Part shown: positions 28,033-36,997 of the stretch, piece by piece
Numbering within the stretch: position 1 is the stretch's first letter
Layout: every line of letters starts with the position of its first letter
Assembly: GCA_963422665.1 (NCBI GenBank)
Contig: OY730441.1
Span: 4,194,489-4,258,488, forward strand
Length of the DNA stretch: 64,000 bases
Origin: Alphaproteobacteria bacterium
GTDB taxonomy: Bacteria > Pseudomonadota > Alphaproteobacteria > Bin95
Direction of reading: 5' to 3'
Notes under the pieces: generated by a model
Databases searched by the model: none
Seen by the model: the letters and a program-made list of their open reading frames with translations, nothing else
Told to the model about the DNA's origin: nothing
Position numbers and translations under genes: made by a program

Positions 28033-28312
28033 CGTCAGGGAGGTTCTGGGCGAGGATTGCCGGCTGGCGCTGACGGCCTACGAGCAGCGCGGCCTGCACG
28101 ACCGGACGGTTCGCCTGGCATCGCTGTCGGAGGGCCTGCTGCGCGCCCCGCTGCCCGGCAGCGATGTCACGCTGGGCGAGGCGCGTCTTGACGAGATGGC
28201 GCGGGCGGAACGCCTGGACGAGGTTCGATCGCTGCTGAACACGGTCGTCGGCCCCGACCGTGCCGCCGCCGTCGTTCGACGGGTCGCGGAACGGGTCCGG
28301 CGCAGCGGGTGA
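28013..28312 (+). CDS. hypothetical protein (99 aa)
   Basis: ORF with an ATG at 28013 and no family recognised; it may be a fragment. Confidence 0.3.
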   Translation: MKTSPFIVREVLGEDCRLALTAYEQRGLHDRTVRLASLSEGLLRAPLPGSDVTLGEARLDEMARAERLDEVRSLLNTVVGPDRAAAVVRRVAERVRRSG

Positions 28313-28434
28313 CGGGCAGCGAAGACGGAACCGCGACGTTGCGCCATACGAATACGCTAATTGTATGATGGCGCTGAGGTGTCCCCGGAAAATCGGACAG
28401 GTTGTTAGGGTGTATTCCGCCGTCTGACGGAGGA

Positions 28435-28722
28435 ATGCCGATGAGCAAGCGCCGCAGGTTTTCCGGGGAGTTGAAAGCGAAGCTCGTGCTTGAGGCGCTT
28501 CGGGGTGATCGGACGCTTCAGGAGATCGCCTCTCGGCGCCGGGTCCATCCGAACCAGGTGGGTGCGTGGAAGCGCCAGGCGATCGAGGGTCTGGCCGAGC
28601 TGTTCTCGAAGGGCGCGGAACGCCGGGTCCGGGATCATGAGGGCGAGGTGCGCGATCTTCACGCCAGGATCGGGGAGCTGATCGTGGAGCGGGATTTTTT
28701 GTCTCGCGGGTCCGGTCGATGA
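28435..28722 (+). CDS. IS3-family transposase OrfA (HTH)
   Basis: MPMSKRRRFSGELKAKLVLEAL...NQVGAWKRQ, with a GGAGG ribosome-binding site. Confidence 0.8.
   Translation: MPMSKRRRFSGELKAKLVLEALRGDRTLQEIASRRRVHPNQVGAWKRQAIEGLAELFSKGAERRVRDHEGEVRDLHARIGELIVERDFLSRGSGR
28690..28696 (+). promoter_or_regulatory. candidate -1 programmed frameshift slippery site (TTTTTTG) for OrfAB fusion
   Basis: A U6G heptamer lies near the end of orfA, and orfA and orfB overlap as ATGA in the -1 frame. Confidence 0.35.
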
Positions 28723-29654
28723 GCCGGGCCGAGCGTCGGGCGATGGTGGAGCGCGATCATCCGGCGCTGAGCCTGAACCGGCAATGCCGGCTGCTGTCGA
28801 TCGGGCGCTCGTCGCTCTACTACGAGCCGAAGGGCGAGAGCGCGGAGACGCTGGCGCTGATGCGTCGGATCGACGAGCTGTTCGTGAAGTATCCGTTCTA
28901 CGGCGCCCGCCAGATGGTTCGCCATCTTCGCCGCGAGGGGGGGCGGATCGGGCGCTGCCGGGCGGCTCGGCTGATGCGCCTGCTCGGCCTTCAGGCGGTC
29001 TATCGGGCGCTGCGGACCGGCGATCAGCATCCCGAGCACCGGGTGTGGCCCTGGCTGCTCAAGGGCTTGCGGATCGAGCGGGCGAACCATGTCCGGTGCG
29101 CCGACATCACCTGCATCCCGGTGCAGCGGGGCTTCCTCTACCTGGTGGCGATCATGGACTGGGCGAGCCGCCACGTATTGGCCTGGCAGCTGTCGAACAC
29201 GCTGGATGCCGGCTTCTGTACGGACGCGCTCGACGAGGCCCTGGCCCGGCATGGCGCGCCGGAGATCTTCAACACCGACCAGGGGAGCCCGTTCACCAGC
29301 TTCGCCTTCACCGGCCGCCTGCAGGCGCCCGGCATCCGCATCTCGATGGACGGCCGGGGCCGGTGCATGGACAACATCTTCATCGAGCGGCTGTGGCGCT
29401 CGCTCAAATACGAGGCGGTCTCCCTGCACGAGATCGCCGACGGCTTCACCGCCCGGCGCGTGATCGGCGAGTGGATCGGCTTCTACAACACCATCAGGCC
29501 GCACTCGGCGCTGGGCGGACGGACGCCGGCCGAGGCATACCGAGGTGACACGCCTGTGGATATGATGGACAAGCCGCTTCGCGCCTTGACCACACCCCCA
29601 AAGGCGCAACAGCAGCAACAGGAAGATCCATTCAAGGGGATTCTGGCGGCCTGA
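28719..29654 (+). CDS. IS3-family transposase OrfB (DDE integrase)
   Basis: rve/DDE motifs (ADITCIPVQRGFLYLVAIMDWASR...NTDQGSPFTS...ERLWRSLKYE). Confidence 0.85.
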   Translation: MSRAERRAMVERDHPALSLNRQCRLLSIGRSSLYYEPKGESAETLALMRRIDELFVKYPFYGARQMVRHLRREGGRIGRCRAARLMRLLGLQAVYRALRTGDQHPEHRVWPWLLKGLRIERANHVRCADITCIPVQRGFLYLVAIMDWASRHVLAWQLSNTLDAGFCTDALDEALARHGAPEIFNTDQGSPFTSFAFTGRLQAPGIRISMDGRGRCMDNIFIERLWRSLKYEAVSLHEIADGFTARRVIGEWIGFYNTIRPHSALGGRTPAEAYRGDTPVDMMDKPLRALTTPPKAQQQQQEDPFKGILAA

Positions 29655-29969
29655 ACTTCAACCGGAACACACCTTGGCCCAGCCGCCAGGCTGTCCGAAA
29701 AGGCGAGGCCACCTCAATGATCCGAGCCGTCCGGCGGCCCAATCGGCGTCGCCCCGGCCTCCGAGCCGTGTGTGGACGCCTCCCTGGATGCAAGCAGTTT
29801 TAGGGCTTGGTCGGGCTTATGCGGTCAGGCGCAGTTGCGTGTCCGGCCTCTGTGTGCGGCCTTGTGAGCACCGCAGGCCTGTATGGAGATACGCGGACCG
29901 GGTCCATATCGGGGCCGCGTGCCTGGAAGCCCTCCGGCTCGGCCTGGTTTTCCCGATCCCGTCTCATTG

Positions 29970-31100
29970 ACCGTTTGCCCTTCCCCTTGCCGGCCTGCAT
30001 CCTCCGCCGCTCGCCGCGCCAGCGCCGCTCAGGCGGCCGCCGGTGCGGGAGCCCGGCGGGTCTCTTTCCTGGTCGCCAGCGCCCGGAGGATGTGCGCCGT
30101 GCGGTTGGCGAGCGCCACGGCCACCAGCTTCCTCGGCTTGCGCGCCAGCATGCCCGCCAGCCAGGGATCGTGGATCCGGCCGCGGCGCACCGCATTGCGG
30201 ATCACCGCCATGGCGCCCACCACCAGCAGGCGGCGGAGGTCGCGGTGTCCCATCTTCGATATCTTGCCCAGCCGGGGCTTGCCTCCGGTGCTGTGCTGGC
30301 GCGGCACAAGGCCCAGCCAGGCCGAGAAGTCCCGCCCCCGCCGGAAGCCCGCCAGCGGCGGCGCCATCGCCGTGATCGGCCCTACCCCCGGCACGGTCAT
30401 CGCGCGCGCCGCCTCCTCATCCTGCCGGGCCGCCGCGCGCAGCTCCTTCTCCTGCTCCGCAATCTTCCGGTCGAACGCGGCAATCTGCTCCAGCAACAAC
30501 CCGCCCAGCTCGCACACCTTCGCCGGAAGCCCGGTCTGCGGGTCCGCGAGCGCCGCCGCCAGACGGCGCACATGCACCGGCCCCTCGGGCGCAATCGCCC
30601 CGAACTCCGCCATATGGCTCCGGAGCGCGTTGATCGTCTGCGTGCGCTGGCGCACCAGAAGGTCGCGAACCCCGAACGGCATCGTGCCCGCCTGCTGCGC
30701 CTCGCTCTTCACCGCCACGACGTGCATCGTCGGACGCGACGGCGCCTCGCAAATGGCCTCCGCATCCGCCGCATCGTTCTTCCGCCGCTTCACAAAGGCC
30801 TTCACATAGACCGGCGGGATCAGACGCGCCTCGTGGCCCAGCCTGCCGATCTCACGGCCCCGGTAAGGCGCGCTCCCGCACGCCTCCAGCGCCACAAGGC
30901 AACGCGGCTGCGACGACAGAAACGACAGAACCCGGCCCCGAGACAGCTTGCGACGGAACGCCACCGAACCGTCCGCATACGCCCCGTGCGCCTGAAAACT
31001 CGTCTTCGGCAGGTCGATCCCGATGATGTTAGCCTGTTCCATGGATGCCTCCTTCCCATAGGGTTGTTCAGACAACGCTACCTTGGCGCAGCGCGATGCC
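29970..31100 (-). mobile_element. IS110-family insertion sequence (bounds approximate)
   Basis: Contains an IS110 transposase gene. IS110 elements lack clear terminal inverted repeats, so the ends were not determined. Confidence 0.45.
30029..31042 (-). CDS. IS110-family transposase
   Basis: MEQANIIGIDLPKTSFQAH...ALEACGSA...TVPGVGPITA match the DEDD N-terminal domain and the C-terminal HhH. Confidence 0.8.
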   Translation of the reverse strand: MEQANIIGIDLPKTSFQAHGAYADGSVAFRRKLSRGRVLSFLSSQPRCLVALEACGSAPYRGREIGRLGHEARLIPPVYVKAFVKRRKNDAADAEAICEAPSRPTMHVVAVKSEAQQAGTMPFGVRDLLVRQRTQTINALRSHMAEFGAIAPEGPVHVRRLAAALADPQTGLPAKVCELGGLLLEQIAAFDRKIAEQEKELRAAARQDEEAARAMTVPGVGPITAMAPPLAGFRRGRDFSAWLGLVPRQHSTGGKPRLGKISKMGHRDLRRLLVVGAMAVIRNAVRRGRIHDPWLAGMLARKPRKLVAVALANRTAHILRALATRKETRRAPAPAAA

Positions 31101-31853
31101 GGCGGAAGGAGGCGTCCGCCCTATCGGGGCCTCGCGAGGCCGGGCACTATTGCATGGAGACCCCGGATCGCCGCTGGCGCTCCGTCCGGGGTGACGAAGG
31201 ACGATACCGCGCCGGAACTGGAACGCGATATCCCGCAACTCGGGCCGCGCGTGCCGGCGGAAACATTGCGCTGCTTCTGGACCATGCTGGCCCATATGCA
31301 GGGGGCCGCGCTCAACGCAGCCCAGCTCGCGCGCGGCCTTGCCGTCGATGGCAAGACAGTCGCCCGCTATCTCGACCTGCTTGTCGATCTCCTGCTGGTC
31401 CGGCGCCTGCCGCCCTTCCACGCCAATATCGGCAAGCGCCTGGTGAAATCCCCGAAAGTCTATGTGCGCGACAGCGGCCTCGTCCACACGCTGCTCGGCC
31501 TCGATGACCGGGAGGCGGTGCTGGGTCATCCGGTCGCCGGCGGAAGCTGGGAGGGGTTCGTGCTGGAAAACCTGCTCGACACGGCTTCGGAGCGGGCGAA
31601 AGCGTGATTTTATCGAACGGCCGCCGGCGCTGAAATCGACCTGGTGCCGGAGGCGCCGGGCGGAAAGCTGTGGGCGGTGGAAATCAAGCGCGGCCTCGCG
31701 CCGAAGCTCGCCAGGGGCTTCCACCACGCGCGGGAAGACCTCGAACCGAAGCGCGCCTTCGCCGTGTATTCGGGCGACGAGCGTTACCCCGTGAGCGAAG
31801 GGGTCGAGGCGATCGGCCTCCGCGAACTGGCGCAGCTTCTCGCGGCGGCATGA
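31083..31853 (+). pseudogene. AAA ATPase with DUF4143 C-terminal domain, 5' truncated by the IS110 and frameshifted
   Basis: ...VARYLDLLVDLLLVRRLPPFHANIGKRLVKSPKVYVRDSGLVH and ...EIDLVPEAPGGKLWAVEIKRG sit in two frames. No ATPase N-terminus remains. Confidence 0.55.
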
Positions 31854-31900
31854 AGCGCGCTTGCCCCCGACGCGTCAAAACAGGCTACGATGAGGCCGCC

Positions 31901-32620
31901 ATGGCAGTGCTCGAAGTCGAAATCTGGCGCGGAGCGGGCGGGGACGGCGCCTGGCGCCGCTATACGGTCCCGCACCGGGCGAACCAGACGGTGCTCGATG
32001 TCGTCACCCATGTGCAGCGCCATATCGACCCCTCGCTCGCCTACCGCTTCGCCTGCCGGGTGGGCATGTGCGGCTCCTGCGCCATGACCGTCAACGGCCG
32101 CCCGCGCTGGACCTGCCGCACCCATGTCTCGCAGGCCGCCCGCAAGGGCCGGCTGCGGATCGGGCCACTGCGCAACCTGCCGGTCATCCGGGACCTCGCG
32201 GTCGATACGGCGCCCTTCTTCGAGAAATGGCGCGACGCCGGGGCGCGGTTCGTCCCTTCCGCAACGCCGCCGGATGCGCCGGTCCGGCCCGACGAGCCCG
32301 AACGCGCCGCGGCCGACGCCGGCATCGAGTGCATCAATTGCGCCGTCTGCTACGCCGCCTGCGACAGCGTGGCCTGGAACCCGGACTATCCGGGGCCGGC
32401 CGCGCTCAACCGGCTCTGGACGCTGGTGAACGATCGGCGCGACGGCGACCGGGACGGCCATCTGGAGGCCGCCGGGGCCGGCTGCCACCTCTGCCGCAGC
32501 CACCAGGAATGCGCCGACGCCTGCCCGACCGGCCTCAACCCGACCGCCGCCATCGCCGGCCTCAAGCGCGAGGTCTTCCGCCGCACGCTCGGCGGCGGCG
32601 CGCGGGGGCGGCGCCGATGA
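31901..32620 (+). CDS. succinate dehydrogenase/fumarate reductase iron-sulfur subunit-like
   Basis: A 2Fe-2S motif (CRVGMCGSCAMTVNGRPRWTC) and two Cys clusters (CINCAVCYAAC, CHLCRSHQECADACP). Confidence 0.75.
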   Translation: MAVLEVEIWRGAGGDGAWRRYTVPHRANQTVLDVVTHVQRHIDPSLAYRFACRVGMCGSCAMTVNGRPRWTCRTHVSQAARKGRLRIGPLRNLPVIRDLAVDTAPFFEKWRDAGARFVPSATPPDAPVRPDEPERAAADAGIECINCAVCYAACDSVAWNPDYPGPAALNRLWTLVNDRRDGDRDGHLEAAGAGCHLCRSHQECADACPTGLNPTAAIAGLKREVFRRTLGGGARGRRR

Positions 32621-32943
32621 AGGAGGCGTGGCTGTTCGCGGCCCAGCGCATCTCGGCGCTGGTGCTGGCGCCGCTGGTGCTGCTGCATCTGGGCGTCATC
32701 CTCCATGCCGTCCGGGGTGGGCTGTCCGCCGAGGAAATCCTGTCGCGCACCGGGGGCAGCCCGTTCTGGGGCGTGGTCTACGGGCTGTTCGTGCTGGCCG
32801 CGGCGGTCCATGCGCCCATCGGCCTGCGCGCCGTGCTGCGGGAATGGGGCCGCTGGCGGGGCGCGGGGCTCGACATCGCCATGGCGCTGTTCGGGCTGCT
32901 GCTGCTCGTGCTCGGCCTGCGCGCCGTAATGGCGGTGCTGTGA
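32617..32943 (+). CDS. SQR membrane anchor subunit-like (108 aa)
   Basis: Three hydrophobic helices; ATGA overlap with the preceding gene. Confidence 0.5.
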   Translation: MKEAWLFAAQRISALVLAPLVLLHLGVILHAVRGGLSAEEILSRTGGSPFWGVVYGLFVLAAAVHAPIGLRAVLREWGRWRGAGLDIAMALFGLLLLVLGLRAVMAVL

Positions 32944-33266
32944 GGCGCGGACCCTGGTGGGCCTTCCTGCTGCATCGGCTGTCCGGCGTGGCGCTGGCCG
33001 TGTTCCTGCCGTTCCACTTCCTGGTGCTCGGCCTCGCGGTGGAGCGCGCCGCGCTCGACGGCGTGCTCGACTGGACGAAGAGCCCCTGGGTCAAGCTCGC
33101 CGAGGCGGGGCTGGTCGTGCTGCTGGCGCTCCACCTGACGGGCGGCCTGCGCTTGCTGCTGCTGGAGTTCGGCCGCTGGTCCGGCCGGCAGCAGTCCCGC
33201 ATCGCGCTGGCGGGCGGCCTCGCGCTGCTCGCCGGCTTCGGCTTCCTGGCGGCCGCGTTCGCATGA
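32940..33266 (+). CDS. SQR membrane anchor subunit-like (108 aa)
   Basis: Hydrophobic helices; GTGA overlap with the upstream gene and ATGA overlap with the downstream gene. Confidence 0.5.
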   Translation: MRRGPWWAFLLHRLSGVALAVFLPFHFLVLGLAVERAALDGVLDWTKSPWVKLAEAGLVVLLALHLTGGLRLLLLEFGRWSGRQQSRIALAGGLALLAGFGFLAAAFA

Positions 33267-35035
33267 TCGAGCGCATGGACAAGGACATCCTGATCCTGGG
33301 TTCCGGCGGCGCGGGGCTGTTCGCCGCGCTGCACGCCTACCGCGCCGCTCCCGCGCTCGACATCGCCATTGCCGCCAAGGGCCTGCTCGGCAAGAGCGGC
33401 TGCACCCGCATGGTGCAGGGCGGCTACAATGTCGCGCTCGCGCCCGGCGACAGCGTCGAGCGCCATTTCATGGACACCATCGAGGGCGGGGCCTGGATCA
33501 ACCATCAGCAGCTCGCCTGGACGCTGGTCGAGGGCGCGGTCGCGCGCATCCGCGAGCTGGAGGACGAGATCGGCTGCTATTTCGACCGCAACCCCGACGG
33601 CAGCATCCACCAGAAGGCGTTTGCCGGACAGACCTTCGACCGGACGGTCCACAAGGGGGACCTGACCGGCATCGAGATCGTCAACCGGCTGATGGAGCAG
33701 GTCTGGGCGCGGGCGGTGACCCGGCTGGAAGAGCACCGGGCGGCGGCGCTGATCCCGGCGCGCGGCGGCGAGCGGCTCGCCGGCGTCCTTCTGATCGACA
33801 TTCGCACGGGCGTCCTGCGCTTCGTGCGGGCGAAGGCCGTGCTGCTGGCCACCGGCGGCGGCCCGACCATGTACCGCTACCACACGCCTTCCGGCGACAA
33901 GACCTGCGACGGCATGGCGATGGCGCTGGAGGCGGGCCTCGCGCTGCGCGATATGGAGATGGTGCAGTTCCACCCGACGGGCCTCTATGCCGGCCCCGGC
34001 ACCCGCATGACCGGCACGGTGCTGGAGGAGGGCCTGCGCGGCGCCGGCGGCTACCTGCTCGGCGGCGACGGCGAACGGTTCATGGCGCGCTACGACCCGC
34101 GCCTGGAGCGCGCCACCCGCGACATCGTGAGCCGCGCCATGGCGAGCGAGATGCGCGCCGGCAATGTCACCGAAAACGGCGGGCTCCATATCTCCATGGC
34201 CCATCTCGGCCCCGCCTCGGTCGCGGAACGGTTCAGGGGCATGGTCGAGCGCTGCCGGGACTGCGGCTTCGACCTCGCCGGCGGGCTGGTCGAGGTGGTG
34301 CCGACGGCGCATTACATGATGGGCGGCGTCGCCTTCGCGCCCGATACGGCCACGGCCCTGCCCGGCCTCTACGCGGCGGGGGAGGACACGGGCGGCGTCC
34401 ACGGCGCGAACCGCCTCGGCGGCAACGGCGTCGCCAACTCCACCGTCTATGGCGGCATTGCGGGCGACCGGATGGCGGAGGAGGCGGCCCGGGAACGCGC
34501 CTTTCCGGACCCGGACGAGGCGGCGCTGGAGGCCGCCGCCGCACGCTGCCTGACCGTGTTCGACAGGCCGCCCGGCGACCTCGCCGGCATCCGCGACCGG
34601 CTGGCGGACCTGATGTGGGACGAGGTGGGCATATTGCGCTCCGCCGGGAGCCTGGAACGCGCCGAGGCCGGGCTCGCCGGCCTGGCGGCGGAGGTGGCGG
34701 CGGCCGGCGCGGCCGGCGGCGGCCGGGCCTTCAACCTCGCCTGGCACGACCGGCTGAACCTGGAGAGCCTGGTGACGGTCTCGCGCGCGATTGCGGCGGC
34801 GGCCCGCGCCCGCGAAGACTCCCGCGGCGCCCATTTCCGCGAGGACTTCCCCGAAACCGGCGACCTCGCCGCGACGCGCTACACCACTGTGCGCCTCGCG
34901 GACGGCGCGCTCGCCGCCGCCTCCGACCCCGTCGCCTTCACCCGCGTCGCGCCCGGCGAAACGCTTCTGCCCGCCGGCTCTCCTCCGGATCGGGGGCCGG
35001 GGGTGACAAAGGGAGCGGCCGTCCCGGCCCAATGA
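33263..35035 (+). CDS. succinate dehydrogenase/fumarate reductase flavoprotein subunit-like (FAD)
   Basis: ILILGSGGAGLFAAL (dinucleotide fold), HPTGL, RLGGNGVANSTVYG and a C-terminal RGAHFREDFPE. Confidence 0.75.
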   Translation: MIERMDKDILILGSGGAGLFAALHAYRAAPALDIAIAAKGLLGKSGCTRMVQGGYNVALAPGDSVERHFMDTIEGGAWINHQQLAWTLVEGAVARIRELEDEIGCYFDRNPDGSIHQKAFAGQTFDRTVHKGDLTGIEIVNRLMEQVWARAVTRLEEHRAAALIPARGGERLAGVLLIDIRTGVLRFVRAKAVLLATGGGPTMYRYHTPSGDKTCDGMAMALEAGLALRDMEMVQFHPTGLYAGPGTRMTGTVLEEGLRGAGGYLLGGDGERFMARYDPRLERATRDIVSRAMASEMRAGNVTENGGLHISMAHLGPASVAERFRGMVERCRDCGFDLAGGLVEVVPTAHYMMGGVAFAPDTATALPGLYAAGEDTGGVHGANRLGGNGVANSTVYGGIAGDRMAEEAARERAFPDPDEAALEAAAARCLTVFDRPPGDLAGIRDRLADLMWDEVGILRSAGSLERAEAGLAGLAAEVAAAGAAGGGRAFNLAWHDRLNLESLVTVSRAIAAAARAREDSRGAHFREDFPETGDLAATRYTTVRLADGALAAASDPVAFTRVAPGETLLPAGSPPDRGPGVTKGAAVPAQ

Positions 35036-35179
35036 TCGTCGCCCTGGCTGTTGCGTGTTTGCAACAGCTTCCGGTTTTTCGCCGAAATCACAAGAATCGA
35101 TTTATCTCCCCCTGTCTATGGTCGCCTCCTGGCCGGACCGGATGAACCGGACCGGCGGCACACAACGGAAGGACAAGGG

Positions 35180-35928
35180 GGACATGAGAAAACCCTGCTT
35201 GCGACCACCGCGCTGGCCTGCGCGGGCGCGCTCGCCGCCGCTCCTGCGAGCGCGGCCGACATGCTGAGCGTCGGCGTCGGCGGCTACATGCAGCAACGGT
35301 TCGGCCATGCCGACCGCGAAGACGGCTCCGACGGCGGGATCGATACCCAAGCGGCCAAGCGGACACCGAAATCTACTTCCAAGGCTCGCTCGAATCCGAC
35401 ACGGGCCTGAAATACACCGTCCATGTCGAGCTCGAGGGCAACCGGAGCGAGGGCGGCAGCTCGACCCTGGACGAGTCCTTCGTCCGGGTCACCGGCGAGT
35501 TCGGGGACCTGGAGTTCGGCTCGCGCGACCACAGCATGGCACGAATGCATTCCGCGGTCTCGGATGTCGGCATCGGGCTGAGCGCGGGCGACACGCAGAA
35601 GTGGATCCCGGGCGCCTATCTCGACACCGCCGGCCACGGCGGCGTTGCGGGCGGCGGCGATGCGCTGAAGCTCAGCTACATCTCGCCGCGCGTCTCCGGC
35701 CTGCAGCTCGGCGTCTCCTACGCGCCGGACTCGGACAACAAGGACGGCCCGACCACCCCGCCGAACGGCAATGACGAAGCCTCCTGGGGCGCGGGCCTTA
35801 ACTTCCAGCAGGCCGTCGGCGACGCCAGCGTCACCTTCTCGCTCGGACACCGCAGCCGGAGCACCGCCGAAACGGAGTTGCTGTATCCGACGGGAACCGC
35901 GTCTCAGAGTCCGGCCCGAAAAGACTGA
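35180..35928 (+). pseudogene. alphaproteobacterial porin, frameshifted at codon 4 and 3' truncated
   Basis: Signal peptide ..KTLLATTALACAGALAAAPASAADM follows ATGAGAAAACC; an A5->A4 run shifts the frame. Beta-strand segments then appear in two further frames. The reading ends where an IS5-like remnant begins. Confidence 0.55.
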
Positions 35929-36031
35929 TTGTTTTTGAATGCCTTGCTAATCTTCTGGTGAGGAGTTGGACGCTGGCGAGGAAGAGCCATGCGGTGGCTG
36001 TGGCGATGGCGGTCTCGCAGTCCTTGGCCAA
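35831..36031 (-). pseudogene. C-terminal remnant of a DDE transposase (IS5/IS4 superfamily-like)
   Basis: The ...LAKDCETAIATATAWLFLASVQLLTRRLAR tail resembles the RRLAKD(W/Y)E...AW...A.IRLL.RRLA C-termini of IS5-group transposases, from memory. Confidence 0.4.
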
Positions 36032-36299
36032 ACGCCGGTTGCGATTGAGCCACGCTAACCCGGATTTCTCATACTGCCCAGGATTTCCGGTAGTGGGTCA
36101 GTTTGAATCTTGTTGACTCCCGACGGTAGCGCTTCGTAGCCTTCTGTCATCGCCAAACACGCCATAGCGACGGCCCATGTCGGGCCGCCCGCGCAATACA
36201 AGACCGCATTGCGGGAACACGCGGGAATCCCACGCTATGGCGATTGTTTGGCGACCGGCCCGACGCCCGTCGGGACGGCCTGAAACTGTGGGGACAGAC

Positions 36300-36596
36300 A
36301 TGAGAGCCTTTTCGGAGCCTTGGTCTTTCTTGCCCTTGTGGCAACCGCCGCCCCATCCTATGCGTGCATGTTCAGCACCGACTGCAAGCCCGGATCGAAA
36401 TGCGTCAAACCTTCGGGTTCGCTTTACGGCTATTGCGTCGGTGGCCTGTTCCCCGGCAACAGCTAACGACCGCAGGCCAGCGCGGAACCCGCCCGACATT
36501 ACCGGCAAGCAGGGGAACACCTGCATGTTCGATACGCAATGCGGTCCCGGGGGCGTGTGCGTCACCGGTTCCGGTATCTATGGCGCCTGCATGTAA
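36300..36596 (+). CDS. putative small secreted Cys-rich tandem-repeat peptide (frame-disrupted)
   Basis: The ATG at 36300 has a GGGGA ribosome-binding site. Frame +2 encodes the signal-like GALVFLALVATAAPSYA followed by CMFSTDCKPGSKCVKPSGSLYGYC. Frame 0 downstream encodes a second copy, CMFDTQCGPGGVCVTGSGIYGAC. Confidence 0.3.
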   Translation: MRAFSEPWSFLPLWQPPPHPMRACSAPTASPDRNASNLRVRFTAIASVACSPATANDRRPARNPPDITGKQGNTCMFDTQCGPGGVCVTGSGIYGACM

Positions 36597-36688
36597 ACAG
36601 GGCACACCACCGGCGCTCATCGTCTTTGAGCGCCGGTGGCCTGAAGCCAGACCTGGACATTCAGCGGAGCGTCTGTCATATTGAAAGC

Positions 36689-36904
36689 ATGGATCGGCCC
36701 AGGAGACCCCGCGACACGAACCAACGCGCCAAGCGCATCGTGGACTTGGCGACCGGCGAGGTTGAGGATGCCATACCCAGCAAAGCTCCGGGGCAGCGCA
36801 GGGGCGGTTTGAAGGGCGGTCCTGCGCGAGCGGCTTCCCTGACATCGGAGCGACGACGCGCCATTGCCAGGAAAGCGGCAGCCGCAAGATGGGGAGAGTC
36901 TTAG
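36689..36904 (+). CDS. small basic hypothetical protein (71 aa), possible nucleic-acid binding
   Basis: MDRPRRPRDTNQRAKRIVDLATGEVEDAIPSKAPGQRRGGLKGGPARAASLTSERRRAIARKAAAARWGES, with a GG.ARA..L..E.R..IA.KAA.ARW motif. Confidence 0.35.
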   Translation: MDRPRRPRDTNQRAKRIVDLATGEVEDAIPSKAPGQRRGGLKGGPARAASLTSERRRAIARKAAAARWGES

Positions 36905-36997
36905 TCAGATTCTTTTCGACAAAGACGCGCCCAAGTCTTGTGAATGAAATCAGGACGCGATATATACCTCGCAAGTCATAATCTGACGGGCGACGCC

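Larger units (their letters stand above)
28375..29716 (+). mobile_element. IS3-family insertion sequence, copy 1 (1342 bp)
   Basis: The ends are defined by the identity break against copy 2. Imperfect terminal inverted repeats TGAGGTGTCCCCGG... / ...GGCCACCTCA, with orfA and orfB between them. Confidence 0.85.
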
